Origin: Amoebophrya sp. A120
Taxonomy: Eukaryota; Protista; Dinoflagellata
Length of the DNA: 64,000 bases
Assembly (NCBI GenBank): GCA_905178155.1
Contig: CAJINV010000012.1
Span: 62,001-126,000, forward strand
Direction of reading: 5' to 3'
Shown: one piece after another, positions 34,938 to 48,955 of the stretch
Layout: the number at the start of each line of letters is the position of its first letter
Numbering within the stretch: position 1 is the stretch's first letter
Program-made: the position numbers and the translations under genes
Notes under the pieces: model-generated
The model's database searches: none
What the model was told of the DNA's origin: nothing
Seen by the model: the letters and a program-made list of their open reading frames with translations, nothing else

Positions 34938-37691
34938 GGTCTTAAGCTTTTGTTCTCTGTACTACTAGTACAGGTTCTAGAGGGCCGCGGCAAGTAGTGG
35001 AGCCCGCTTGTTCCTCTTGATGGACCAGTTAGATTTATTCGCCCCTCGTCACATTTCGAAATTATACGAATAGATACTTACGCGCCGAGGACGGGAGGCT
35101 AGTGCCACCGTGCTTGTTGCACCAGGTCGTCGTGCTGTCGAACTCGTGTGGCGCAGCAAGAGCCGTGTGCTCGTGCACGCGACTAAGACGTCGCTAGCTC
35201 TGTTGTTCTATCTGATGTTGATATTCATATTGTTCCGGTCGGGATAATGATAAAGTTCTTGAACTTGTTGAATAATTCATCAAGGCAATGCACGACACCG
35301 GCTGGATAACGATAAGCGCTTGTGCATCTTCAACATCAGGGCATTGTCGATAAAGTAGATTACATTGCTCCTCCCCGAAGCCACTAAGGTAGAAGCCCCC
35401 TGTAGCTTTGTCGACCTCGAACGAGGGCATTTTTGCTGACGAGACCGGATCAACATCAAGTTCAAGAGAGGTTGATGTACTAGTGCAGTCCAGAAAGAGT
35501 GACAAACACGCCGGGTCGCGGAGCGCCACGATGGAAAATTTCGAGGACCACAGGCGGTAATATGCGAGTCGTTACACTCGGGCTTCTAGATAAATCCTCA
35601 AATAAATCTTCGAAACAGCAGAACTGAAACTGGACAAAACGAAAATCGTATGAAAATGGAAATACGGGGCGTTCTTGTAGAACATCCCCTTGCAAAATGG
35701 AATTCTAGGAGGCAGATGGCGACATGATATCTACGCGTCAAGGAGGAAAGAGGACAGCAATAAATAAATTTCGAGGGGGGTCTAGGGGGGGTAAAAACTT
35801 CCAAGACGGGGATCTTTTATTGCTTTTCTGGAGGCGAAAAAAACTTCTTCTAGATGAGGTCCTGTGGGAAAGATTAAAATTAAAAGAATGAGAAATAGCG
35901 GGGTGGTTCTGGCAAAAAAAATATTATTCTTATTCTCTCTTTCCTGCATCGCATGGAAAAGTCAAAGTGGCATCACAAAATTCCAAGGAGATCTTTCGGG
36001 AACGGCACAACTGGTGCGTAAGTTCGAGCTGAAGCTGATCCAAAATTGTCGGGGAGGTCATTGTAAATTAGAGCAGGTGGAGTAGAAGAACAACTTCATC
36101 TCTACTAGAACCTATCCTCCTCAATGTACTATGATGATTTCACTTTTTGTTGGCCTGAAGAAGGGCGCAACCCTCACTAGTACGCTGAGTATCTACGTCA
36201 CATTTACTTTGCCGTGCAGCGACGAAAGAAGGTACAACGTAGCACACCAAGTCTGATTCGGGACGATGAAGAGCCTTTACATTAGTTTTTCTGAAGATCC
36301 ACCAAAGTGGCCATCTGCCAAACAAGAACAGAAGAAAAAGCTGCTGCGGCTGCTTGATGGAAAGACAACTCTGAACACCACGATAGATTTTCCTGCAGCT
36401 GCTGCTCGGCGAGCCAACAAGTTCTTGCTGCTGGCGTTTGTATACCTGTTTCATCTATCATCCCCCACATCGGACAAGATCAAAAACAGAGCGGTTTTTG
36501 GAGAACTTATAATCTTCCTTCCACAATAAACTTATACTAAGACAGAAAGCTACGACTTGCGCTTGGATGTAAAAGTCATCTGAATTATTCGGTAGAAATT
36601 CAAACGCCACCGACATCTTCAAGCACGAAAGGTATCTGTCCTCGGAGTTCGTTCATAAGTTTTGTGGAAATTGAAAATTATCGTTCTTGTTTTTTTTCTA
36701 CTTCTAGATGATGTAAATGCATGCTTATATGTAGGTGTCATAGAGCAGTCGACTCCTCGTTTCGACTCGTCAGTGGCTGATTTCCTTGTAGGCTGCCATA
36801 ACATAGAGCGATATCGATGGATTTCAGACCGCAACAGGTAGAAAACTCATCGATCTAGCTCAAGCAGAAATCTAGACTCTACCTCTAGGTAGAAAGCCTA
36901 TGCATAGAAGAAGTTGACTCTTGCTCTCTTGACGAGCAGCTGTAGTGTAGCTGCAAGTGGTTGCAGATAAGCAGCGCTTGTCCGTGTTGTGTAGGGATTT
37001 AAATCACGCTTGAGAATTTGAATTATTAATTTAATTATGATAATGATAATTATTTGGGGTTGGTCAGATCATGCGCAGATGCTTGTTGCTAGCTTGTTTC
37101 GATGCTAGGCGCGGCCCGATGCTAACAAACGCGCGAGGGGTTCGAACATACACCAAAATTTGTGTCAGCGTCAAATAAAATGCGCATAGCAAGCATTTCC
37201 AAATTATACGACTTCTACCCCTGTCGACCTATAAACAAAACCTTAGCATTGGGCGTTTTCGGGAGCTTAGCTAGTACGTGCTCCACCTTATTACTTTACC
37301 GCCAACGCTGCCACAGCTTAGCTAATTTGTAGTTCCCTTAATCTCGCTACCACCTGCTGGGCTAGGAGTTGCACGCTAGTGCCAGGAGTCCTCTTAGGCG
37401 TAGCGGAGATGAGGATGACAGGAGCTGTGTTCATCGCAGATGGTTTGCAAGCACTCATTTACAACAAAAACAATGACCTGGCATTTACTTACGCACTGGA
37501 GAAGTGAGGTTACTTTCATGTAGAAATTGAAATTTCAGTCTGCTGTAGGGAAACAATTCTTTCAATCTAATAGATCACATTCACAGCTGCTTGTTGACAT
37601 GAGATAGTAGGTGGGGTTCGCCATCGGCAGTCAGAGACGAGAACTCAACTCGGGATTTAGTACCGTCCAACTGCTAGGGTATGATATTACC

Positions 37692-38477
37692 TCACGGCGA
37701 GCGGGTCTGTCGCCGTGCAGTGTTTGTGTTGTTTGCTCGCACACCGTGTCCAATATCGAAGCGTTGATTTGGGTTTTTCGGACGATCGCCTTCGGGCTGC
37801 TTAAAAACGGCAATCGAGTAACGCTTTCGCGGGTGGTTTCCCAGGATTTTCGTTCCCTCTTCATCGAGAGAGTCAAGCACTTCGTTGGGAAATCCCAAAG
37901 GCGTTTGTCCTTCTGGAGCGGGGCCACGAGGAACGAGTTTCCCGTCTCTTTCGTAAAGAAGAGGTCTCCCGCCTGCGGACGTGGGGACGGGAGGGGCCGC
38001 CGCGTCAAGGCCAAGTCCTGCTTCGTCGACGGCGCTGCTTGCGTCGTCTGTAAGAGAAGCAGGGGTGGGGCGGCGAGGGGGAGGACGGACGTCCTCCACG
38101 GCGGCGAGAAGCGGATCGAATCCTTCTTGGCCGTGGTCCGTGTAGGTTTGAACACCGGTTTGAGCACGGGCCTCAGCGACTTTATTGGGCTGCGAGCAGA
38201 AGCTGTTGCAAAACTCTCCTATGCCTTTCAAACAATCGTCGCCGGTAATCGGGTGGCCTCTCGTAAATTTCTTGTACACACTCAGACCAGCGCACTCCTC
38301 GTCCTCCTCCCGCTCGTCCACTTCATTTGGTTGCGCGGAGGACCGGGACCCCGGAGCACGAGCTTGCAACGAAAGTGCCGATACCCTGCTGCCGGACGAG
38401 AGAGCCAACAGACCACCAAGAAGGAGAGTTGTCACTCCAGCCCGACGGCTTGCTTTCATCATGATAATCTTCTCCAT
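37692..38477 (-). CDS. Hypothetical secreted protein, ~261 aa, intronless
   Basis: Open ORF with signal-peptide-like N-terminus (RRAGVTTLLLGGLLALSSG..VSA); same strand as neighbours; upstream region paralogous to that of the 51756 gene. Confidence 0.55.
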   Translation of the reverse strand: MEKIIMMKASRRAGVTTLLLGGLLALSSGSRVSALSLQARAPGSRSSAQPNEVDEREEDEECAGLSVYKKFTRGHPITGDDCLKGIGEFCNSFCSQPNKVAEARAQTGVQTYTDHGQEGFDPLLAAVEDVRPPPRRPTPASLTDDASSAVDEAGLGLDAAAPPVPTSAGGRPLLYERDGKLVPRGPAPEGQTPLGFPNEVLDSLDEEGTKILGNHPRKRYSIAVFKQPEGDRPKNPNQRFDIGHGVRANNTNTARRQTRSP

Positions 38478-40931
38478 TGTGATCGAACAAGAAAAAGAAT
38501 AGAGTGCAAGTTGCTTCGTATAAAAGATAGAAGGGGCGTGCTACTGGGGTGGAATTTGGTAAAGGTAAAGCGGACGCTGATCTGAAAAATTCAGCAATAA
38601 TTATGGATGACCTTGTCCGCGATGTAGAAAAGTGAGAAGACAAACAAACTACAGTTGTTGACGCGGTGCACTTAATCTGAGTAGAGGGGAGGGTCTAAAA
38701 TTTGACGTGGTTTCGACATTTGTGACGGCAGCTGTGAGCGTTTAAAGATCATAGTAGATCGTCGTGATTGATTGACTCATGTTGATGCGACATTCCGGGT
38801 AGACTAGACAGTGGTCGGATGAGAAGCTAAACCGTATTAAAACCGATGGTTGAACAAGCGCTAGAGGTGCAGCTGCAGACCATGTGATCATGATTTGTTC
38901 TGTTCGAAGAAGTAGTAAGCACAGGATCCGTGTACATTGTGATGCTGACCAGGACAGAAGTATTTCAAAAGTTGTAGCGGAGGTCAGCTCGTCCTCCTGT
39001 TTTTCATTATCTTCTACTTAAACCGACTTGACCTTGAGGTTGACTTATGCTGATTCTTCAACATCAAAAAATCCTGTTGTGTTCGTCTTGATCCGTAAAT
39101 TTTCCCAAAAGAACCACTCACCGATGTCTTTATCTAGAAAGGGTTGCGGCCATTGTCTCTCGCATTGATCATCTTCTTCACAAACGATTGATGCAGCTCA
39201 CGTCTTATTTATTTACTGTACTGAGTCTGAGCCATAACTTAGAGTGTGAGAGTCCACGACCTGGAGGATCTTTTTTAGTCTACCTCTCAGATCGAGGACC
39301 GACCGCGGACAGGAATCTGATAATTTTAATTCATCAAGTCGAAGATACTTCTACAGCAAATTTGCTTTACAGGAACGTCAATCAAGACGGCGATCACGAC
39401 CGACGGAGAGAACCAAGCGGATCGACTCGGCAGCAGGAGTTAGCCACGAATTGATAGTCGTTAACCCCTGAAGATCCAACAAAGTGGCCATCATCTGCCG
39501 GGACAGAACAGAAGAAAAAGCTGGTGCTGGGGACGACGCTTCGCAGAACACCTCTGAACACGGCATTAGATTTTCCGGCAGCTCGGCGAGCCGACAAGTT
39601 CTTGCTCCTTCTGGCGCATGTTTACTCCTTCTATAACTGTTTCATTCTCCTCCACATCGGACAAGATCAAAAACAGAGCAATTCCGGTGCTGCTACCGTG
39701 CACCCTCGTCCGCTTGCTGTCGTGCGTCGCTACCACCGGCTCCCCGTCCAACGGCGGCAACAGCAAGCTCGGCGCTGCAGCCCCAACGCGGGCGCTCTGT
39801 AATGCGGGGAGACTCCTATCATGCTGATTCTCGCCATCCTGTTCACGATCATGCTCTGCCGACACAACAGGGCGAACGGCCATCCTGGGGGCCGTTTGGA
39901 CCGTGATCTTACCTGTTGTTCTGCGTTGACCACTCACTTCGGGCTCCGGCAATGCAGATTCTCCCGGCTGCTCCCGACCAAGAAGATGAAGAGCGCCCTG
40001 CACACTGCCACACTTGTCCGCACCGCAGCGCTCCGCCCCGCCCTTGCCAATCGGCACAAGGCGTACGGCTGTGCTGCGCTCACCCGAGGCACCTTCCGCG
40101 CAGAGCGCCTTGAACTTCGTTGCCACTGCATCCTCGTCCGAAGAATCAGGCTCCGGTCTCCCCGAAAAAACAACACTGAAGTCTTTTTGAAGTCTTAGAC
40201 GGTTAGAATAGCTGGGGCGATTTGGCAGTAATTCTATAACTGTTTCATTCTCCTCCACATCGGACAAGATCAAAAGATGTTTGAATAACCGCTACACGTA
40301 CGGCTGCAGGCCACGTGATCATGATTTGTTCTGTTCGAAGAAGTTGTAGCAGTAGCTCTTCACAATCCGTTTTCATTGCGATAAAATTCACAGGGACAGA
40401 ACTATATTTCAAGATTTGTAGTGGTCAGCTCCGCCACGACCTCACGTTTATCATTATCTTTTAAACCGACTCGAGGTTCGTATTTTTGATCCGTAATCTG
40501 TTAAACAGAAGAAAAAGAACCATGTTTGTGCTTACTCTGGATAGACAGCTGAGCATTTACGTGGGAGCGTTAGCGCATACTGCCGCCCCCCTTGTTGCTC
40601 GATATGTAATAGTAGTAGTAGCGGCGAATGATGATACCCCCGCTGTTGCAACTGTGTAAAAATCTTAGTAGTGATATTTTCTTCAGTCGAGCCAAATCAT
40701 TGCTGTTAAAAAGTCCACAGAGCGTATTTTTATGGGACCGATAAAATTTTTTTTATAGGAAAACAGAGCCTGCTACTGGATAAAAATAAAACGGCTGCTA
40801 CTGATGAGTTTAAAAGGTTGTTTTTTTTTTTCGAGCATAGCACATCCTTTATAATTTCGAAAAAGGGTAGTGCCAATACTGGGGGGGCAGCACGAAGCTC
40901 CTTCGTCGCGTTTAGCGTCGACTGCAACTGC

Positions 40932-41063
40932 NNNNNNNNNNNNNNNNNNNNNNNNNNNNNNNNNNNNNNNNNNNNNNNNNNNNNNNNNNNNNNNNNNNNN
41001 NNNNNNNNNNNNNNNNNNNNNNNNNNNNNNNNNNNNNNNNNNNNNNNNNNNNNNNNNNNNNNN
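40932..41063. other. Assembly gap (132 N)
   Basis: Run of N. Confidence 1.
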
Positions 41064-42109
41064 GGGATTTAAATCACGCTTGGTAATAGTTTAAAATTTG
41101 GGTTTATTTCAGTATAAAGTGTTGCCGACTCGCATCAAAGTAAAGCAAGAACTGACTTTGTCTTAGGGGCAGAATCAGCTACAGATGTTTGTGCTCACTC
41201 TGGATAGAGTGCTGAGCATTTACGTGGGAGCGTTAGCGCATACTGCCGCCCCCCTTGCTGCTCGATACGTAATAGTAGTACTAGTAGTAGCAGACGATGA
41301 CGACGCTGTTACTGTGTAAAAATCTTAGTAGTGACATATATATTTTCTTGAGTCGAGCCAAATCCTTGCTGTTAAAATAAAGTCCATACAGTGTATATCT
41401 CCCCGATGCATCGACATTTTCTGATTCTTTCGTAGGTGTAAAGAATCATGCTAGGAGCAAGTCTTGTCTTAGAGAAATCTTTTCTTCAAGGAAGATTTCG
41501 TAGAAAAGGCTATTGGAAATGTTTGCAGTCAGCTTCCTATGCGTTGCTCGGAACAATTATTCAGTGCTTTTTATAAATGTTTATCTTGAACATAAAAGCA
41601 AATGCAAGGTCGTGCTTTGTTTGTTGTTTGTTGAGGATGGTCTCATACAGAACCGTTTGAAAGGTGTTCTTACTTTCATCTGCATCTCATGCGTCTAGCG
41701 CTACTTCAATATATAACAAGGGAAAACTTGGCGGAGCTGCTTTGGCTCCCACCTTAGAAAAAGAAACTGTTTCACTCTCCTCCACATCGGACAAGATCAA
41801 AAACAGAGCGGTTTTCGAAGAACTTTATAAATCTTCCTGCCACAAACTCAACTAAAGACAGAAAGTGCTACGACTTGCGCTTGGATGTAAAAGTCATCTG
41901 AGTTATTCGGTAGAAATTCAAACGCTGCCGACACCTTCAAGCACGAAAGGTATCTATCCTCGGTGTTCGTTCGTAAGTTTTGTGGAAATTGAAATTATCA
42001 TTCTCGTTTTTCTTGTAAATACATTTGCATGCTTATAACTCTAGTTGTTGAACAAACAGCAAATTAACCGATATTTCAGAAACGAGAAACAGGTTTGGAC
42101 ATTTCACAT

Positions 42110-42480
42110 TTCGAACTTCAGATCTGGAATCTCAAATCTGGATTCTCAGATCTGGGATCTCAGATCTGGAATCTCAAATCTCGAATCTCAGATCTCAAGT
42201 CTGGAATCTCAAATCTGGGATCTCAGATCTGGGATCTCAGATCACAAATCTGGAATCTTAAATCTGGAATCTCACATCTGGAATCCCAAATCTGGGATCT
42301 CAAATCTGGGAGCTCAGATCTGGAATCTCAAATCTGGAAACTGGAATCCCAAATCCGGAATGTCAGATCTGGAATCTCAGGTCTGGAATCTCAGATCTGG
42401 AATCTCAGATCTGGAATCTCAGATCTGGAATCTCAAAGCTCGAATCTCAGATCTGGAATCTCGAGTCTCGAGATATTTCA
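42110..42480. repeat. 7/14-bp minisatellite (TCTCAGA-TCTGGAA)n
   Basis: Directly visible tandem units. Confidence 0.9.
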
Positions 42481-43049
42481 GATTTGAGGTCTCAGATTTA
42501 AGACATTCAAATTTGGGATATTCAGACTCGAGAAATTCAGACTTGAAAGATTCAGGCTTAAGATGTTCAGACTCGAGGTAGTCAGTAGATCCGGGATATT
42601 CAGACTTTGGAATTTGTTGAGACGTCAGCGCAGAGATTTCAGATCTGACGCCTCATGTCTCACTCTCAGACTTCAGTCAGATTTGGGATTGGGGGTGCAG
42701 CCGTCAAGCTTCGCGGCTTCTTTCGGGCTCCAAAGATTTCACACCTCGGCACCGCGAGCCTACCTTCGAACCAACCGCCCGGCGAAGCGGATTGGCTGTG
42801 GGCCCCCCAAACCGCCGCGGCGGGTTCTGGGCCTTCGGGCCTTCTTTCGCTCGCCTCGGTCGGGCTTTCGCGTCCGGCCTTCGGGCCTTCTTTCGGGTTA
42901 GTTTTCGAGCGCCTGCGGAACTTCTTTCCGGCTTCCCGGGCTGATGCGTTTGCTTGGGCCTAAACTTTCAGCCATCGCGCCTTCAATCTTTCGCGCCCTA
43001 ATCTTGCGGCCCCGAGACCCCAGGGTCCCGGGCGCGCAAGTTAACGCCA

Positions 43050-43900
43050 GAAGAGCCTGAAAGCGGAAACGGGAAGCCCGAAAACGAAAGCCAAGCGGAG
43101 CCAGCAAGCCTGCCAAGCGGCCTGGCCGCGAGAGCCAGACTTGAAACCGGGACTCAAGTCCGAAAACGGAAACAAGACCCGAGAGCAACAACCAAGCTAG
43201 CCCGGGGGCGGCAGGAAGCCAGGCAAGGAAGCGAGGGCCAGGCGGGCACGGAAGCGAAATCGAAAGCCAGGCCCGAAAGCGCCAGCCGCGCCCGAAAGCG
43301 AAGGCCAAGCCCGAAAGCGAAGGGAGGCCAAGCCCGAAGGCGGAAGCCAAGCCCGACAGCGAAACCAGGGACCAAACCAAGCACGCCCGCCCGAACACGG
43401 GGGCCAAGTCCGAAAGCGAAGCAAGGCCAAGCCCGAAAGCGGAAGCCAACAAGCCCGAAAGCGAAAGCCGGGCCCGCAAGCGAAGGCAGAGCCCGCACGC
43501 GAAAGCCAAGCCCGGAAGCGGAGGGAGGCGAATGCCGAAAACGAAAGTCAGGGAGGCCCGAAAGCGAAGGCCCACCAAGGCAAGCCCGAAGGCGAAAGCC
43601 AGGCCCGGAAGCGTAGGTAGGGCCCGGGAGCGAAGCGAACAAAGCCAAGGCTTAAAGCGAAAGCCGCGCCCGAAAGCGGAGGCCAACCAAGCCCGACAGC
43701 GAAACAAAGCCAAGCCTGAAAGCGAAGGCCACAGTCAAGCGAGCCCGAAAGCAAGGAACCTAGCGGAAGCCCGGCCCGAAAGCAAAAGCTAGGAAAGCCC
43801 GGAGGCAAAAAGCCGAGCCCCCCTCCCCGAAAACGAAAGCCAAACTAGCCCGAAAGCAAAAAGCGCGGCCCCGCCCCCCCCCCCCGAAACAAAGCGAAAA
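43050..43900. repeat. Degenerate GCCCGAAAGCGAA(G)GCCAA tandem array
   Basis: Directly visible repeated units, strongly T-poor on + strand. Confidence 0.85.
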
Positions 43901-46900
43901 CCAGCCCCGCGAGCAATGGGGGCGCGGCCCGCTTCGCCGGCGCGCGTGGCGTTCGATTGCGCGGGCGGGTGTGTGGCAGCGGCCGGCGTGGCATTCCGGG
44001 ATGCATGCGCCTCGCCGTCGCTTCCGGCCCCGTCGGCCCCTGCCAAAGCGGCCTGGCGGCCGCTCGGCAGTGTTCGCCCCAAAGGCCTTTGCCACCGCGG
44101 GGTCGCGGGGCCGGTCGGTGTACGCCGTGGCCGGCGGGTCAGCATCTCCGCGTAATGCGCGCGCAACTGCGGACGCCCCCCTTTCGCCACCGTCCTGCCC
44201 CTTCTTCCATTACCGCTCCGCCCTTTGCCTGGATATGTGGCGGCAGCCGTCGAGGCTCCGCTCGCCCGGGCGCGCCCCCGGCGATCTATCTATGTGGCGC
44301 TTTTCTTCGGCTAGTGCGGCACCTGCCTCCACGGCCCCCAAGCCTGCCGGGCGGGAAGGGGCTTCGGTGGCCGGACTTTCGGAAGCGCCCGCCGTCTTGG
44401 CTTCCACGCTTCCATCGCTCCGGTCTTTTTCGCATCATGGGGCGTTCGCCGAGGGGGCGCGCGAGCGTGCATCTGTTGGCCATTGCCGTGATGCTACGGG
44501 CGCCCTCCCTACTGTCCTGCACCTTCTGCCGCTGCCCACCCGCTCTCTGTCTGGAGGCGTGGAGGCCGCCGGCGTGGCGTGGCGGGGTGCGTCTTCTACG
44601 GTCTCTATGGTGTTTTTGGCCGGCTCGACCCCCGTGTCTGTGGCCTTCTCAGCCTGCCGGACTGGCACCAAAACGGCTTGACTATCGTTATTGATAGTTC
44701 TATTTCCCTCGCGCGTTTCTCTGTTTCTCGTTTCTCAAAGATCGGTGGCGACAGGACTTGCGCTACTTGTATGTAGGTTTCATAGAGCAGTCGACTCCTC
44801 ACTTCGACTCGTCAGTGGGTGATTTCCTTGTAGGCTGCCACAACATAGAGCGATATCGATGGATTTCAGACCGCAACGGGTAGAAAACTCATCGATCTAG
44901 CTCAAGCAGAAATCTAGACTCTAGGTAGAAAGCCTATGCATAGAAGAAGTTGACTCTTGCTCTCTTGACGAGCAGCTGTAGTGTAGCTGCAAGTGGTTGC
45001 AGATAGGCAGCGCTTGTCCGTGTTGTGTAGGGATTTAAATCACGCTTGGTAATAGTTTAAAATTTGGGTTTATTTCAGTATAAAGTGTTGCCGACTCGCA
45101 TCAAAGTAAAGCAAGAACTGACTTTGTCTTAGGGGCAGAATCAGCTACAGATGTTTGTGCTCACTCTGGATAGAGTGCTGAGCATTTACGTGGGAGCGTT
45201 AGCGCATACTGCCGCCCCCCTTGCTGCTCGATACGTAATAGTAGTACTAGTAGTAGCAGACGATGACGACGCTGTTACTGTGTAAAAATCTTAGTAGTGA
45301 CATATATATTTTCTTGAGTCGAGCCAAATCCTTGCTGTTAAAATAAAGTCCATACAGTGTATATCTCCCCGATGCATCGACATTTTCTGATTCTTTCGTA
45401 GGTGTAAAGAATCATGCTAGGAGCAAGTCTTGTCTTAGAGAAATCTTTTCTTCAAGGAAGATTTCGTAGAAAAGGCTATTGGAAATGTTTGCAGTCAGCT
45501 TCCTATGCGTTGCTCGGAACAATTATTCAGTGCTTTTTATAAATGTTTATCTTGAACATAAAAGCAAATGCAAGGTCGTGCTTTGTTTGTTGTTTGTTGA
45601 GGATGGTCTCATACAGAACCGTTTGAAAGGTGTTCTTACTTTCATCTGCATCTCATGCGTCTAGCGCTACTTCAATATATAACAAGGGAAAACTTGGCGG
45701 AGCTGCTTTGGCTCCCACCTTAGAAAAAGAAACTGTTTCACTCTCCTCCACATCGGACAAGATCAAAAACAGAGCGGTTTTCGAAGAACTTTATAAATCT
45801 TCCTGCCACAAACTCAACTAAAGACAGAAAGTGCTACGACTTGCGCTTGGATGTAAAAGTCATCTGAGTTATTCGGTAGAAATTCAAACGCTGCCGACAC
45901 CTTCAAGCACGAAAGGTATCTATCCTCGGTGTTCGTTCGTAAGTTTTGTGGAAATTGAAATTATCATTCTCGTTTTTTTTTCTTCTTCTAGATGTAAATG
46001 CATGCTTATATGTAGGTTTCATAGAGCAGTCGACTCTTCATTTCGACTCAGTGGCTGATTTCCTTGTAGGGTGCCACAACATAGAGCGATATCGATGGAT
46101 ACCAGATCCAGACCGCAACAGGTAGATAACTCATCGATCTAGTAGCTCAAGCCAAAATCTAGCCTCTAGGTACTAGAAAGCCTATGCATAGAAGTCGACT
46201 CTTGCTCTCTTGGCGAGCACCTGTGGTGTAGCTGCAAGTGGTTGCAGATAAGCAGCGCTTGTCCGTGTTGTGTAGGGATTTAAATCACGCTTGGTAATAG
46301 TTTAAAGTTTGGGTTTATTTCAATAAAAGTGTTGCCGACTCGCATCAAAGTAAAGCAAGAACTGACTTTGTCTTAGGGGCAGAATCAGTTGCAGATCTTT
46401 ACCATGTTTGTGCTTACTCTGGATAGACAGCTGAGCATTTACGTGGGAGCGTTAGCGCATACTGCCGCCCCCCTTGTTGCTCGATATGTAATAGTAGTAG
46501 TAGCGGCGAATGATGATACCCCCGCTGTTGCAACTGTGTAAAAATCTTAGTAGTGATATTTTCTTCAGTCGAGCCAAATCATTGCTGTTAAAAAGTCCAC
46601 AGAGCGTATTTTTATGGGACCGATAAAATTTTTTTTATAGGAAAACAGAGCCTGCTACTGGATAAAAATAAAACGGCTGCTACTGATGAGTTTAAAAGGT
46701 TGTTTTTTTTTTCGAGCATAGCACATCCTTTATAATTTCGAAAAAGGGTAGTGCCAATACTGGGGGGGCAGCACGAAGCTCCTTCGTCGCGTTTAGCGTC
46801 GACTGCAACTGCTACAATACCAATTGCTTTAGTCGTTCATGAATATAGTACATCATACGAGAAAAGCATAAGCAGAACGACTCTTGCCCATAACTCTGGA

Positions 46901-47181
46901 CATGCAGAATCGACCTAGAAGCCCTACAAAGGCTAAACTTCCCTGTTTTTATACCCAATAAACCCGTGCGGCGTCGGTTAGGGTCGGATCGTGGGAAATT
47001 GATTTCAATAGAGAAGCTTGTATAGATTTAAATATGTTTACTCTTAACTAACCATGATCCAAAGTAGTAAATAAGGTAGCTCCTCTTCCTCGACACTTCT
47101 AAGGGGGCTAGCTGAGTACAATAACTCAGAGGAACGCGGGGGCTAGCTGAGTTACGAAGAGGACGCGGCTCCTTGTGCACC

Positions 47182-47417
47182 TATGAAATGCAAAAGTGTC
47201 TGGGTCTGGAAGATTCTGAGACTTGTCACGCATGTTTTGCATGAGCCTGGATGTCTGTAATGCACGACCTAGCATCACAGATTTTTAGAGGGCTCCCTGA
47301 CGCCTACTCCGCATGACAAACGCCCTCCCCGCGTCGCACAAACTAGACTCCTCTTGCTGGTCATGCAAAACAGATATTTTTACAATCCAAAGTTAGCATC
47401 ACAAGTTTCAACCTCCC
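47182..47417. mobile_element. Truncated introner family D in a pseudogene fragment
   Basis: Left TIR and interior match 58133-58397; right TIR lost where the array unit begins. Confidence 0.8.
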
Positions 47418-48640
47418 ATCACAAGTTTCATTCTCCTCCACATCGGACAAGATCAAAAACAGAGCGGTTTTCGAAGAACTTTATAAATCTTCCTGCCACA
47501 AACTCAACTAAAGACAGAAAGTGCTACGACTTGCGGCTCGGTGTGGAAGTCATCTGAATTCACTAGAACTCCAAACGCTGCCGACATCAAGCACGAAAGG
47601 TATCTGTCATAGGAGCTCGTTGTACATTTTGTGGAAATCAAAATTATCGTTCTCGTTTTTGTACTAAATACATTTGCATGCTTATATGTAGGTTTCAGTC
47701 GACTCTTCATTTCGACTCAGTGGCTCCACATCACCACAACATAGAGCGATATCGATGGATACCAGACCGCGACAGGTAGATAACTCATCGATCTGGCTCG
47801 ACGCTAGGTAGAAAGCCTATGCATGGAAGAAGTCGACTCTTGTTCTCTTGATGAGCAGCTGTAGTGTAGCTCCGAATGGTTGCAGATAAGCAGCGGTTGT
47901 CCGTGTTTTTGTAGAGATTTAAATCACGCTTGGTGACAATTTAAATAAATTTGGGTTTGTTTCAATAAAAGTTTTTTCTTGATGACTCCTGCCCGGCTCC
48001 GGCCCGACTGGATCCGGCTCCGGAGATGAAAATACAGGGCGCCGAGATCTTGTCTGGGCTCCTTTTTGGGAGGGAGGCTGTTTTCTTTTTTTCAAGTTGT
48101 ATAGCGCATCCTTTAATTATAATTTCGTCGAAAAAGGGTACTTAATGCCAAAACTCGGGGGGGCTGTACGAAGCTCTTCACTTGTCGCGTTTAGCGCCGA
48201 CGGCAGCTGCTACACTAGCAACTGCTTTGGGCATTCATAAAAATCGTACATCAACAAGAAAAGCAGAGCGACTCTTACCTACTTTGCACATGTAGAATCG
48301 AACTCGTAGGCTTCTAAACCCTGATTTTACACCCAATAGAGCCTTGCACTTGCTGCGTCGGATCGTGAAAAATTGATTCCAATTTATTAGGAGCTTGTAT
48401 AAAATAAATAGAGCTACTTACTCTTCACCAACCTTTTTTTGACTTTGTCGCGTTACACTTCGCTTCGCTTCTACCGTGGTGACTGGCGGAGCCTCTCACT
48501 CTAACCCTCGATAGACAGGCGCGGGCTTACATGCATCTTTTCGCGACCTGGCACACGACTAGGATAAAGCAGTGTGGACGCCTCTCTGACGTGATCACAC
48601 GCCTTTGCCCTAAGCCCTGAGCTATCTACGACTTTCTACC

Positions 48641-48955
48641 TGCCCCGATATGTAGACTCGAAACTGAAGCCACGCACTCGCAACTCCAGCAACCGTCGGA
48701 AAATGGTAGAGCCTGTGTAAAGCCTGTTTGTTTGTTCAAAATTTCAGCGGAGCGTCTATCTGCCCCGCTATGTAGACTCGAAACTGAAGCCGCGCACTCG
48801 CAACTCCAGCAACGGTCGTAAAATGGTAGAGCCTGTTTGTTTGTTCAAAATTTCAGCGGAGCGTCTATCTGCCCCGCTATGTAGACTCGAAACTGAAGCC
48901 GCGCACTCGCAACCCCAGCAACGGTCGTAAAATGGTACTAGAGCCTGTTTGTTTG
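48641..48955. repeat. ~110-120 bp tandem repeat, ~3 copies
   Basis: ccccgctatgtagactcgaaactgaagccgcgcactcgcaac.. at ~48643, 48763, 48872. Confidence 0.9.

Larger units (their letters stand above)
42038..44769. mobile_element. 2.7-kb unclassified insertion with internal minisatellites
   Basis: Interrupts gcttaTAtgtagg, which is intact in sister units at ~36723, 46004 and 47680; probable TA duplication; contains (TCTCAGATCTGGAA)n and (GCCCGAAAGCGAA)-like arrays. Confidence 0.65.
36270..48430. repeat. Array of duplicated ~0.5-1.3 kb non-coding/pseudogenic units
   Basis: ctcctccacatcggacaagatcaaaa recurs at ~36461, 39646, 40250, 41777, 45743, 47433; 41064-42010 = 45030-45976; 40519-40931 = 46401-46812. 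Confidence 0.85.

Noticed and set aside
39566-40273. 235-aa ORF with duplicated LILSDVEENETVIE
   Set aside because: Starts at TTG and is bounded by two copies of the array repeat; more likely a pseudogenic fragment.
40519-42010. Exact duplicates flanking the N gap as evidence of very recent duplication or LTRs
   Set aside because: Identity next to a gap may be an assembly artefact; there are no TG..CA ends, PBS or gag-pol.
42045-43808. ORFs 42045-42581, 42095-42487, 42898-43713 etc.
   Set aside because: Translations of minisatellites that are open in several frames; no protein signal.
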